A DNA stretch of 64,000 nucleotides from Macrostomum lignano (GCA_002269645.1 NIVC01000056.1:186001-250000); one strand, 5' to 3'. Counted from the first letter of the stretch, positions 1-11,416 are shown. Made by a program: numbers and translations. The notes: generated by a model from the letters alone, not told the origin.

Positions 1-1431
1 GTTATAGTCCTATTAATGTTCACTTGTTTTATTATTCATGATGTTGCCGTGTATTCAAAAGTAAAAATAATTACGCAAAACAAACTGCAACATTGCCCAA
101 ATGCCTTATATTGACCCATTAATACATTATTAATATTGGGTATGAATGATAACTACAGATAGTAGTATAGTACATTATTTTCATTTTTAGTATATAAATA
201 TTCAAACATAAATGTTCAAAAAACTGTTCAAACAGTTGTCTTGCAATCAACTGACCATATGGCAATGACACAAAAATTATGGTGCTAGATAAAGTTTACC
301 TATTAGTAGGCCCTAGTACTTGATCAATTTTTTATTAGCTTAGTAAAGCCAAATGTCTATATAGTATTCATATGGTGCGTAGCAGTCATTTTATCTGCCA
401 CCTTTTCATCTGCCAGTAGATGAAACGACTTTTTAAGAAGAAAAATTAAAGTATAGCTACATAGTTAGTAAAGCTAATTTTCTATAATTAAATATTGCAA
501 GTCATGCAAAAAGAGTTAAAATGGGATATTAGTTTTTTTAAGTGTAATTTTGTTATAGCAATATTTTAAAGAAATATAATATAGATTTTAAACATCCATA
601 GAAAAGAAAAACTTATTAACAGGAAGGAAGGGATGTTGCAGTTACAAATATTAAAGGCAGAGATAGAGTTTGCGGTTGTCGATTGAATACAATTGGCCGG
701 CTATTATGAGAATTATTATGACCCCATCCAATGATGATAACACATTTTTATTATAAACATTATTTAGCTTGCAAAATTTATATACAAAAAGCTAGTGTAT
801 GTACTTAAGTAAAAATATTTTTTGATTGTACTCTCATGCTTCTAGTTCTAACATAATGTACTTTTTAAGATATATAGATATTAATTTTCATTATTATATA
901 TATCAGCATTGTATTTAGTCTTAATATTTTATGGTAGACAAAATGATTGTATCATATTTTTGTAGACAAAAGAATGGCAAATGAATAGGCAGCAGACAAA
1001 ACAATTGTCAACCATTCATATAATTAAAGGATAAAGCCATAGTAACATTAAAAAACTATTCCTTGGTTTAAGTTAGGCCTAGCTAGTTATTAGCTTAGGC
1101 TAGACAGACCCTAGGGCCAAAAATCACTTAGATAATAAAGTATAATATTTTTTCAGACTAGTTGCTTAAGTTTTATTTTAATAGTATAAAAATATCATTC
1201 TTAAAAAATAGATATTTAAATATGCATAAATTAAATATTTTAATCATGTTTTTTTAATTAAGCTCTAATCCTAATTTGATAAGGTCTAGATAAAATTAAT
1301 AAACCAAGGTCTTAAAACAGGGACAATAATACTAGCAGCATTTAAATACAAAAAGACAAAATAGATTTAGACCTATTTTTCTTTTTTTAATTTGCTTTTA
1401 AATAAAATAATTGATGCAGGGCTTGCTTCTG
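1..1431. other. AT-rich, CpG-poor block, probably decayed repeat DNA; continues at 6152-~7370 beyond the LTR insertion
   Basis: Roughly 25% GC and only about 7 CpG counted by eye in 1.4 kb. GCAGACAAAA-like motifs occur in opposite orientations at ~385-420 and ~935-1010 and recur at ~30890-30935. No credible ORF. Confidence 0.5.
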
Positions 1432-1647
1432 TGTAGACTAAGGCAGAGAGATGCGACTGAGAGTTGACAAAGCCTCTTGGCGTTTATTAGATCGATACGC
1501 AGGTTAAATACGATACAACGATTGTTACAAAACTGGGTATAAAAGATAGAGACAGGGGTGGGTGAAAAGCACGTACATGCTGTACAATAGCAACCCCTAC
1601 CCCGCTCTAGTGACTGGCGCATACAAGTACACTTGCAACTCACTACA
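1432..1647 (-). repeat. 3' LTR
   Basis: TG...CA termini; 211/216 identical to 5936-6151. Confidence 0.97.
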
Positions 1648-1657
1648 ATCCTCCCCA
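1648..1657 (-). other. Polypurine tract
   Basis: Minus strand reads TGGGGAGGAT immediately upstream of the 3' LTR. Confidence 0.8.
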
Positions 1658-1803
1658 GCAAAAAAGATCAATAACATTCGAACGAATAATTTGAAGGAAA
1701 CATAAGAACAGTAAAACATTCGAAACAATATTGGTATAAAGAATTTCTCGCTTTCAAATAATTCGCAATAGTCAGTAGAACAGTCACTGAGTCAATTAAC
1801 AAT

Positions 1804-4800
1804 TCAACTGGCCACATAGCGATCCACTGGCATCCGCCTACACACTGGGTAGCGTCTCGGGGGCGGCTCCTCGTCCGCCTCATCGCCATCGTGCGCCGCG
1901 TGCGCAAAGGGCGGCTGCAGGAAGCGCTCTCCATCAGGGACTGGCAGAATCCGCGGCCGCAGACGATTCACATTCACCCTGCGGGTCCAGCCATTCTCAA
2001 TCTTTCGAATTTCGACTACCAGATCCCACTGCGACAGCACCTGCCAGCCCGGCTCCCAGTACGGCGCCAGCTTGGAACCCCTCAGCTCGATGCGCAGCAG
2101 GACCTCGTCTCCAGGACTGAACGTGCGCAGCTGCCCGGTCGACCTGTCGTAACCGCTCTTTTGCTCGCCAGCCGCCTGCACCAGATGCTCCTCGACAAAC
2201 TCTCGAATTTGCAGCAGGTCGCCCTCAAGCTTGTCGGCGTAGGTGCGCACGTCATAAAATCGCCTAGACTGCTGGCTGATGACCGGCAGGCTCGGATCGC
2301 GCCCGGTGAACACCTTCAGTGGCGGCAGCTGTGTTGAGCAGTGCACCCAGGAATTGTAGGACAGCAGGATCAGTGGCAGCTTGTCCTCCCACTCGCTCTC
2401 TCGCTCGGTGAAACACCTGAGTAACTGCAGCACTGACTTGTTGCCCGACTCTGCTAATCCGTTGCCTTTGGGATTGTAAGCCGTTGTTTTTGTCTTCGTG
2501 ACTCCCAGGCCTCGCAGAGTGTCTTGAAAAAGCTGAGACTCGAAATTCGGTCCTTGATCGGAGTGGATGACTCGGGGAAGTCCAGTCTGGGAGCAGATGG
2601 AGAGGAAGGCGCGAGCAGTAGTCTCAGCAGTCTGGTCAGGAATCGCCACGGCCGTCAGGTACTTGGAAAACTGATCCTGAGCCACCAGCAGGTATTTGTT
2701 GCCGCGCGATGATGGCGCCACCTTGACGATGTCGATAGCCACAGAATCCCACGGCGAGCCGATTGGCAGTTCTCCGAGTGGCGCGCTGGTCCGCGAGCCC
2801 GCTTTCTTCTCCTGACAGACAGAACAACTCTGGCAGTGTTGCACGATGTCTTCAGCCATGCCGGGCCAGTAGGCGGTCAGTTTCAGTGTGCGGTAGCATT
2901 TCTCGGCTCTGAAATGACCTCCCAGACCTTCGTGAGCGTTGGTCAAAAACTGTTGTCAAAGCCGCGCTGGCACCACTGGAACCTCCCGCAGGCCGTCTGG
3001 GTCATTGAACTTGCGCAGTAGAACACCGTCATCATCCAGCTTCAGCTTCTTCCAGATTCTGCCGAGTTGCTGCAGTGGTCCTGCTCGCCATCTGGGTACA
3101 ATTTCTGCATCCTTGTCCATTGCCTAAATCACCTGGCTGAGCTCCGGGTCATGTCGCTGCGCAGTTTTGAGCTCTTCAGTGTCGATTTCCGGAGTCAGCT
3201 GTGTAGCTGCAACTTCTTGGCCGTGCAGTCTGGACAGCGCGTCAGCATCTGTGTTCTCAACGCCTCTTTGGTACTTGACGGTGAAGTCGAACTCTTGAAG
3301 CAGCAGACGCCATCGTCCTAGCCTGCCGTAGCTGTCAACTCTCTGTGAATCGATGTAAGTGAGCGGGCAGTGATCCGTGTGCACCGTGAAATGCTTGCCG
3401 AGAAGATAGTGGCGAAAAACTTTGAAATGCGTGCAGGATGGCCAGGCACTCCTTTTCTGTTGCAGAGTATTTCTTCTCAGCTGAATTGAATGCGCGGCTT
3501 GAGAACTCGATCACCGCCTCGCCTTGCTTCAGAATTGCACCAACTCCGCTGCCACTGGCATCCGTGAAGACTGAGAACTCCTTAGTGAAATCCGGGTTCA
3601 CCAGGATCGGAGGACTAATTAGGCACCTTTTGAGCTCGTCGAAGGCCGTCTGGCATTTCGAAGTCCAGTCAAATGGGACGCCCTTGCCAGTCAGATGGTG
3701 CAGCGGTGCGGCGATGGCAGCAAAGTTGGCTACATGGTGTCGGTATTGGTTGCACAGGCCGATGAACTGACGCACCTCCTTGGCTGACCTCGGCTCTCTC
3801 CACTGCTGAATTGCCTCCAGCTTCTCCTGGCTGGGCTGGGCACCATCCTTTGAATACCGTGTGCCGAGAAAGGTCACTTCGGGTACCGCGATCTTGCACT
3901 TGGAGCCTCTTAATGTCAGTCCGGCTGCTCGAAGTCGCTCGAAGGTCTCTCGAAGTTGCCGCAGATGATCCGACTTGGTCTTTGAGAAGCACAGGCTGTC
4001 ATTGAAGAACGTGAAGACGAAATCGCAGCCGTTGAAAACTTTTGACATTAGCATGCAGAATATGCTTGGGCATTGTGAATGTGCCCGACAGACCTTGGGG
4101 CATTCTCTTAAATTGGTACAGCGGCATCCCTGGTCCCAGACAGAAAGCAGTTTTTAGCTTGTCTTCTTCTGCCATCAGAATTTGAAAATAGCCTCCATTG
4201 AGATCCAACACAGAGAACACTGAACTGCCTGCGATTCGATCTCTTGCCTCCTCCATCAACGGAATTCCCTGTGCAGAGCGAATAGTCTTCTTGTTGATCT
4301 CTCGATAGTCTATGGTCAGGCGGAGACTGCCATCCTTCTTTGTCACGTACACCGGTGGGGCCACGTACGGACTTTTGCTCAGCTCTATCACGTCGTTCTC
4401 CAGCAGTTCCTGAATCAGCTGCTCTACCTTCTCCCGGTAATGCACAGGCATTCGGCGCGGTGGCACTCGGACAGGTACTTCATCCGAGAAAACAATTCGG
4501 TGCTGTTGCAGATGAGTTAGTCCCGGCTTTTTCTTGAACAAGTCTTTGAACTCCACCAGCAGCCGTTGTACATCAGGGTCGTCGGTAGTCGGCAACTCGA
4601 ACTCTTCACAGCTGAACTCGGGGACGAGTGCGTCTTCGATGTCAACTGGATCGTCGGTGTCAGTCTAGAATCTGGTGCTGCAGACTTGGCCGGCTTCTTG
4701 TGAAGATCCTGTGAAGTCCAGTTGCAAATTATGCTTGCCGATGAAGTCGACTCCAACAATGACAGGGCAGACCAAACCTGACACAACGAAAAACAATTGC

Positions 4801-5150
4801 CGGGCTGTCACTCCACCGACTGTAAGTGGCAATTCGATTTGCCGTTCTATGCTAATTGGCTGCTTGTTCACTGAATGAAGTTGCACTCTGGCTGCAGTTG
4901 CCTGTCTGAGCTGGAATTTTGTCAGGATGCTGGACTCAACTAATGAGCACTGGCTTCCGGTGTCTAACAGCGCCTTCACACTTCTGCCATCAAGCTTGCA
5001 CTCACACTGCGAAAGTCGGTCGGGCGCGACGCTGCATCCGTCAAAGATCCCGCCGACTGTGAGCGCCGGCCTTGAAGCCGCTGCTGCTGGGCCCGCAGTT
5101 ACTGCTGGCCGGGGTTGCGGGCCCGCACACCCCAGCCTCTGGCATTTCCC
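1804..5150 (-). pseudogene. pol: Disrupted pol (protease, RT, RNase H, integrase)
   Basis: Protease ALLDTGS (4665-4979), RT (3999-4595 and 3335-4054), RNase H (TDASG...TDH...DADALSR), integrase with HHCC zinc finger and D,D-35-E core (1804-2946). In-frame stops at 4665-4667, 3124-3126 and 2956-2958. Frameshifts near ~4070 and ~3420. The RT catalytic YxDD reads FFND. Confidence 0.93.
5089..5150 (-). promoter_or_regulatory. Candidate -1 programmed ribosomal frameshift signal (slippery heptamer plus H-type pseudoknot)
   Basis: G_GGA_AAU in the gag frame (5150-5144), a 6-nt spacer, stem 1 GGCUGGGGU/ACCCCGGCC and stem 2 GGGCCCGCA/UGCGGGCCC. The -1 frame is open from here into the protease. Confidence 0.85.
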
Positions 5151-5908
5151 GGCTGTCGCCTACTGTAGCAATCTCTGGCAATGTGGCCGGCCTTGTGGCA
5201 GTTGTAGCAGATGATGTCAGACTTCGAACGGTGCTGCGGTCTCGTTGTGCTGCTCGTCCTCACTCCACAGGCTGCCAGCTGCTGCAGCTGGGAACTCAGG
5301 GTGCTCACCGATGCCTGCAGACTCTGCACAGTGTCCCGCAGCTCCTGAACTTCGCTGGATTGGCTCGGCTGAGGTTGCACCGCTGCTGCTAGGATGCTTG
5401 GCGAGCTGTGCTGCATCAGTAGCTGGGCCTTTTGAAGCGCTTGCTCTGAGGTCTTAACGCTGGAGTCCGTGCGAATCTGCCAGCTCACGGATTCGGGAAG
5501 GCCACAGACGAACTGATGGAACAGCAGAGCCTCTTGAGCATCTTTGTTGTCCACGGAGGAGCTTTTGAGCATCTTCTTTAACTCGTAAAGATACATGCGT
5601 GGAGTCTCATTCGACAAAATCTTCCTTGATTTGAACGCATCCATGACGGCGAAGTGCTCGCGGTTCGGGTGGAATGCATCATCCAATGCCTGGACTACTT
5701 TGTCGTAGTCTGCCTGATCTCCTGCCGAAAGTTCCAAATAAACGACGAGAGCCTCGCCATCCAAAAATGTGGCCAGTCGCTCCGCTTTGCACGTGTCCCA
5801 CTTGTTGACTTTTGCGCATACATTGAAACGCTGCAGCCATTCCTTAAAGTTGCCGGTACTGAAAACTCTGGGCAGCGCTGCACTGGCGGTCAAACCTTTC
5901 TCAGCCAT
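5099..5908 (-). CDS. gag: Gag (269 aa) with C-terminal CCHC zinc knuckle
   Basis: Intact ORF just downstream of the PBS; contains CYNCHKAGHIARDC. Confidence 0.93.
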   Translation of the reverse strand: MAEKGLTASAALPRVFSTGNFKEWLQRFNVCAKVNKWDTCKAERLATFLDGEALVVYLELSAGDQADYDKVVQALDDAFHPNREHFAVMDAFKSRKILSNETPRMYLYELKKMLKSSSVDNKDAQEALLFHQFVCGLPESVSWQIRTDSSVKTSEQALQKAQLLMQHSSPSILAAAVQPQPSQSSEVQELRDTVQSLQASVSTLSSQLQQLAACGVRTSSTTRPQHRSKSDIICYNCHKAGHIARDCYSRRQPGNARGWGVRARNPGQQ

Positions 5909-5922
5909 TCTAGAATAATTTG

Positions 5923-5933
5923 CTCTGCTACCA
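5923..5933 (-). other. Primer-binding site for initiator tRNA-Met
   Basis: TGGTAGCAGAG starts 2 nt after the 5' LTR and is complementary to the tRNA-iMet 3' end (...CTCTGCTACCA). Confidence 0.85.
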
Positions 5934-5935
5934 GT

Positions 5936-6151
5936 TATAGACTAAGGCAGAGAGATGCGACTGAGAGTTGACGAAGCCTCTTGGCATTTATTAGATCGAT
6001 ACGCAGGTTAAATACGATACAACGATTGTTACAAAACTGGGTATAAAAGATAGAGACAGGGGTGGGTGAAAAGCACGTACATGCTGTACAATAGCAACCC
6101 CCACCCCGCTCTAGCGACTGGCGCATACAAGTACACTTGCAACTCACTACA
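5936..6151 (-). repeat. 5' LTR
   Basis: Copy of 1432-1647. Its PBS-proximal terminal CA is changed to TA. Confidence 0.97.
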
Positions 6152-7442
6152 TCTGTCCTTATAAATAGTTCCACAATGTCACCAAAGTTGTAACAAGGGA
6201 TTAATTCTTCTTACTGATCTTACTGGTTATTACTGGTAGCACATGTACTTCTATTGATAGTGTATGTACTTCTATTGTACTTTCTGGCCTGAGCAGTCTT
6301 TTAGGCACTGTCTATCCTATTCCTATACCCTTCTAAAGATATTATTCTATTATTCTCTCAGTCCTGGGTGTTCCTGGGATCAGAGGGTCACAGCTTACTT
6401 GCTGGGTATTCTGCCCTGAGGCGGGTTTCTCAGACTCTGAGTCTGGACTTCTCTACCCTTTGGTAGGATTCCTGCCTTCTAAAGGCGATTTCTTAGATTC
6501 TAGATCTGGATGTCTTGTTCTCTGAGAATGGACTGAACTCCCAATCTTGGGGCAACTCCTATGTCACTATCTACTACTCAAAATAAGTAACACGAGTGAT
6601 GACAAGCCCAAGGCTGATTTGAAGCTTGATCAATGTTCAAAGCAATGGTACAAGGCCAACAAACAAGAAAAGGTTATTTATTTTGGCTCCCAGCTGACTC
6701 CTTTTTATAGTAAAATTTTTCCTATTATTTAACACAAAGTATTAATACATAGAATATTCAGAATATTCTGCATATAAGAAATATTTTTAATATTCGTGTA
6801 GTATGACAACAGTAATACATTTTTGAAATGCAACTTTTTCTAAGAAATTGTTATAAAAACTGGAGGCCTATTATATAATTAATAGTATTAATTGGCCTAA
6901 ACTAAAATTGCTTTACCTAATTGCAAAGCTTTTTATCTTTTTTAAAAATGCCTATTAAGTATATTGCCCTAATATTGAATTAGCTCTATAAAGAATGTTA
7001 GCTCCAACTTTCAAATATATTTTACAATATAATATTGTAATCACACAAGATATGTTTTAGTACTATAAACATAAATACTTATATATCTACACAGATCATT
7101 AAGGGGTGCAGCAGGCATTAAGAGTGTACATTATTAATTAGAAAGTCAAGGCTGTTGTGCACCATGCGTGAGTGTGTGTACACTTGTATGCTCAGATTGT
7201 TGTGGGGGTCAATGTTGCTAGTGACTGGTATCATTTTGTGGCATTTATCTACCCAAGTCAAACCTAGTCATAGCATTTTAAATTTAACCAAACATTTAGT
7301 CTAGCTTTTAAAAAAAGAGATTTTCTAAGAAATGCAAGCATATAGTTTCAACAGCTTAATTATCGATTGCACACATGGACTCCCATAGTCTTATTATCGA
7401 TTGCAAGTTGCAACCATGGACTCCTAATTATCAATTGTAGCC

Positions 7443-7904
7443 ATGGACTCCCATCCTGGCGGTTTCAAACAGGAGATGCCGCCCAAAGGCGGATTTAAAC
7501 CAATTGATTTCGTTCGCAAGCAGATTAAGCGTCCTTGGCGTGGTCACCTGCTAATTGCCGGCACCTACCTGTGGACCTACGCCGGCATCACCCTGTGGAT
7601 CACTCCCCAGCGGCAGAGATATTATTACCAGAAGCAGGAGGCTCAGGAGGTCCGCATCGCAGCTTGGCCATTTGTCCTGGCCGAGCGGAACCGGTTGTAC
7701 CTGAAGCACCTCATCAAACTGCGCGACGCTGAGTCTGAGCTCATGAAGGACGTGCCCGATTGGAAAGTTGGCCACTGGTTCTCCACGCCGATATTTCACA
7801 ACCCCCGCGGCCTGTGGATTGACCCGCTTCTATACGGCTTCTACGCTCTCAATTCTAAGAAAGACTACAAGTACAGGCGCTTCTTCCACCATTATTTCGT
7901 CTGA
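7443..7904 (+). CDS. NDUFA13: NADH:ubiquinone oxidoreductase subunit A13 (GRIM-19), intronless, 153 aa
   Basis: KQEMPPKGGFKPIDF N-terminus, a single hydrophobic segment, and MKDVPDWKVG match the NDUFA13 signature. Confidence 0.93.
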   Translation: MDSHPGGFKQEMPPKGGFKPIDFVRKQIKRPWRGHLLIAGTYLWTYAGITLWITPQRQRYYYQKQEAQEVRIAAWPFVLAERNRLYLKHLIKLRDAESELMKDVPDWKVGHWFSTPIFHNPRGLWIDPLLYGFYALNSKKDYKYRRFFHHYFV

Positions 7905-8255
7905 GCTGGCTGGCTTTTGAAAGCGAACTTGGCCGATTGTTGACCCTCACCTTAGAACTGCACATCTGTAGTAGCACTACTATTAGTAGTTAACTATTCA
8001 ATTCAGATAGTTACAGGTACTGCTAATGATATATTTATTATTAACTAATCTGAAAGCCAGCCTTTGTAGCCGCACACACAGTCTAAATGTAGACTAATTT
8101 GGCTATCCAACTTCTTTCTCTCTACTGTTAGTAGTAGGAAAACAAAGAGCCCTGGTTTTTGCTAACTAAATATTCGACCGAGATAGAATGTGAAATATAC
8201 GATTTAAGCTTAAAACTGTATTTGGCCAGAAATCCTTTGTTTGTTTATTCCATCA

Positions 8256-8623
8256 GGCCGTCACCCCAGCTTGTTTAGTTTTACTGCCCCAAGCTTTTGA
8301 TTGGCCGTCACCCCAGCTTGTTTAGTTTTACTGCCCCAAGCTTTTGATTGGCCGTCACCCCAGCTTGCTTAATTTTACTGCCCCAAGCATTTAATTGGGC
8401 CGTCACCCCAGCTTGCTTAGTTTTACTGCCCCAAGCTTTTGATTGGCCGTCACCCTAGCTTGCTTAGTTTTACTGCCCCAAGCTTTTGATTGGCCGTCAC
8501 CCCAGCTTGTTTAGTTTTACTGCCCCAAGCTTTTGATTGGCCGTCACCCCAGCTTGTTTAGTTTTACTGCCCCAAGCTTTTGATTGGCCGTCACCCTAGC
8601 TTGCTTAGGTTGACTGCCCCAAG
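8256..8623. repeat. 47-bp minisatellite, about 8 copies
   Basis: Unit GTCACCCCAGCTTGTTTAGTTTTACTGCCCCAAGCTTTTGATTGGCC. Confidence 0.95.
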
Positions 8624-8699
8624 CGATGGCTCACCACACAAATCTGCTGCAAAAAACATATTAAAGCTGCCGCCCAATCTTGCAGCAGAGCCAGTCTCA

Positions 8700-10687
8700 A
8701 TGTCCAGCAGCGCCGCCATTGACGAAGGCTACCAGGGCCCGCTAGCCAGCAAAATACGCGCCAAATTAAGCGCCGAGTTGGCGCCAAGCCACCTGCTGGT
8801 AATCAACGAGTCCGCTGGGCACGGAGCCGGGCCCACCGGGGAGTCGCATTTTAAGGTGCGGTCAAGTTTTATTTATATTTTTTTGTTAAAAGCAGGGGTT
8901 GTACGCACCCTGGCGCACTTTAAGCGACATTGTCACACAACCGGCGAGAGGCATTACTACCCATTACGCCGATTCCCCTGAGCAGGCACACAAGCGTGCG
9001 GATACATCACACAGGAGTGTACAGCGGCCCCAACTTTATTTTATCGTTAGGCATGTACACTTCACTGTGCCTTGGGGATTGGTCCTCAAGCTGACCGCTA
9101 ATTGCACGAGCAGAGCCAAGCCAAGATTCCTATTTAGCTCCAATCAATGCTCTTGGAATCGAGCCTATGCCGCTTGCACATCAGAGCGCCGCGCTAGACG
9201 GCCCTCCCCCTGTACTATATCTAGAGATGCAGGACAAATTGACACTCCTACAGTTAACCTGTTCGAACCACCTTAAAATTCTACGCAATCATTAACTGAA
9301 ATATTGCCATTGTAAATCCTCTAAAAAGCAAATCTTCCTTCATATCCCCGCAACACTGTGTGTGTGCCTTCTGAGTCTTCAAATCTTATTGTTAATCGCC
9401 TTTCAACACTAAAAAACTGGCCTTTAAATCCTTATTGTAAATCGGCATTCAGATCCCCATGAAAATTAGCGTAATGATCGGCCTTAAAAAATCCCTGTTG
9501 TTTAATGGCCTTGTATCCCCCGATGAGATTCGGCCTTCAAATCCATATTTTTTTATAAATCGGCCTTTATAAATCCCTATTTCTGAACCGGCCTTCAAAT
9601 CTCTATTTCTGGATCGGCCTTCAAATCCCTATTTCTGGATCGGCCTTCAAATCCCTATTTCTGGATCGGCCTTCAAATCCCTATTTCTGGATCGGCCTTC
9701 AAATCCCTATTTCTGAATCGACCTTTAAATTCTTATTTCTGGATCGGCCTTCAAATCCCTATTTCTGGATCGGCCTTCAAATCCCTATTTCTGAATCGAC
9801 CTTTAAATTCTTATTTCTGGATCGGCCTTCAAATCCCTATTTATAAATCGGCCTTCAAATCCCTATTTCTGGATCGGCCTTCAAATCCCTATTTCTGAAT
9901 CGACCTTTAAATTCTTATTTCTGGATCGGCCTTCAAATCCCTATTTCTGGATCGGCCTTCAAATCCCTATTTCTGGATCGGCCTTCAAATCCCTATTTCT
10001 GGATCGGCCTTCAAATCCCTATTTCTGAATCGACCTTTAAATTCTTATTTCTGGATCGGCCTTCAAATCCCTATTTCTGGATCGGCCTTCAAATCCCTAT
10101 TTCTGAATCGACCTTTAAATTCTTATTTCTGGATCGGCCTTCAAATCCCTATTTATAAATCGGCCTTCAAATCCCTATTTCTGGATCGGCCTTCAAATCC
10201 CTATTTCTGAATCGACCTTTAAATTCTTATTTCTGGATCGGCCTTCAAATCCCTATTTCTGGAACGGCCTTCAAATCCCTATTTCTGGATCGGCCTTCAA
10301 ATCCCTATTTCTGGATCGGCCTTCAAATCCCTATTTCTGGATCGGCCTTCAAATCCCTATTTCTGAATCGACCTTTAAATTCTTATTTCTGGATCGGCCT
10401 TCAAATCCCTATTTCTGAACTGTGCTTCACAAGAAGCAATCGCACATACATACACCTGTCAATCCCCTCCGCAGGTAGTGGTGGTGTCGGACCGGTTCGC
10501 TTCCGTGGCCCGCCTCCGACGGCACCGGATGGTGAACGACAGCCTTGCCGAGGAGTTGAATACGCAAAGCGCAGATCACAAACAGAAAATTCACGCCCTC
10601 AGCATTGTGGCGAAGACTCCGGAGGAGTGGGCAGCCAGCGACGCCGTGCCCGCCACACCGCCGTGCGGGGGCGGTGGCGGACGCTGA
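8700..10687 (+). CDS. BOLA1: BolA-like protein 1, two exons (8700-8855, 10475-10687)
   Basis: Spliced product ...LVINESAGHGAGPTGESHFK|VVVVSDRF...RHRMV...IHALSIVAKTPEEW...TPPCGGG with a phase-0 GT-AG intron. The start codon is tentative. Confidence 0.9.
9079..9210 (-). mobile_element. tRNA-derived SINE copy inside the BOLA1 intron
   Basis: Minus-strand tRNA-like head with B-box GGCTCGATTCC (9155-9165); homologous to 36464-36597. Confidence 0.6.
9520..10418. repeat. 26-bp intronic minisatellite
   Basis: Unit TTTCTGGATCGGCCTTCAAATCCCTA with a recurring variant TTTCTGAATCGACCTTTAAATTCTTA. Confidence 0.95.
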
Positions 10688-10919
10688 CAAGAATTTTTCT
10701 TCCCCGATTTGTTAAGTAGTAATGAACGCGCTTGAATGTAGCTTTTTGATACAAGCAAATAAATAAAGATCATGAAGTCTATGCGACTGTTTTTTATTCG
10801 ACCACCAGATTGTTCAGCCACAGCAGGCGCAGTTTAGGTTGACGTGACTTGCTGATTTTTTGATCAGGTTGAGATTTTAGCGATTTTTAGCTTAGCTTAG
10901 GGTAAGGTTTCACAGTCCA

Positions 10920-11342
10920 ATGGTGAGATTTTGAGATTTCTGTTTTAGGGCGAGATTTTGTGATTCCCAGTCTAAGGTTGAGATTTTGTGATTCCCAGTC
11001 TAAGGTTGAGATTTTGTGATTCCCAGTCTAAGGTTGAGATTTTGTGATTCCCAGTCTAAGGTTGAGATTTTGTGATTCCCAGTCTAAGGTTGAGATTTTG
11101 TGATTCCCAGTCTAAGGTTGAGATTTTGTGATTCCCAGTCTAAGGTTGAGATTTTGTGATTCCCAGTCTAAGGTTGAGATTTTGGGATTCCCATTGTTGG
11201 GTGAGATTTATAGATTCCCATTGTAGGGTGAGATTTTGATATTCCCATTGTAGGGTGAGATTTTGAGATTCCAATTGTAGGGTGAGATTTTGAGATTTCC
11301 ATTGTAGAGTGAGATTTTGAGATTCCAATTGTAGGGTGAGAT
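10920..11342. repeat. 28-bp minisatellite
   Basis: Unit GAGATTTTGTGATTCCCAGTCTAAGGTT, grading into a variant unit toward the right. Confidence 0.93.
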
Positions 11343-11416
11343 CTTGTTATTGTTTGAGAATGCAACTTTCCGCCGCATTGCCCATGCAGTTGAAAATATT
11401 TTTCAGCCAGTCTGAA

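Larger units (their letters stand above)
1432..6151 (-). mobile_element. Full-length Ty3/Gypsy LTR retrotransposon (4720 bp) with inactivated pol
   Basis: Two 216-bp LTRs differing at 5 positions, a 4-bp TSD TCTG (1428-1431 and 6152-6155), PBS and PPT. Domain order is gag-PR-RT-RH-IN, the Ty3/Gypsy order. No env. Confidence 0.97.

Noticed and set aside
1398-1661. Cys-rich 87-aa ORF and its 79-aa twin at 5935-6174
   Set aside because: These are chance ORFs across the two LTR copies.
5099-5101. Stop-codon readthrough (CAG TAA C) as the gag-pol mechanism
   Set aside because: The gag frame hits TGA before the protease active site. Only the -1 frame reaches the protease.
6395-6556. Minus-strand exon-like stretch (SCPKIGSS...GQNTQQ|GTAAGC) with one stop
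   Set aside because: It is short, matches no recognizable family and has no partner exons. It may be a decayed pseudo-exon but cannot be supported.
9140-9210. Possible tRNA gene (also at 36545-36600)
   Set aside because: A B-box is present but no complete cloverleaf or acceptor stem could be drawn, and homology continues into a shared body, which fits a SINE better.
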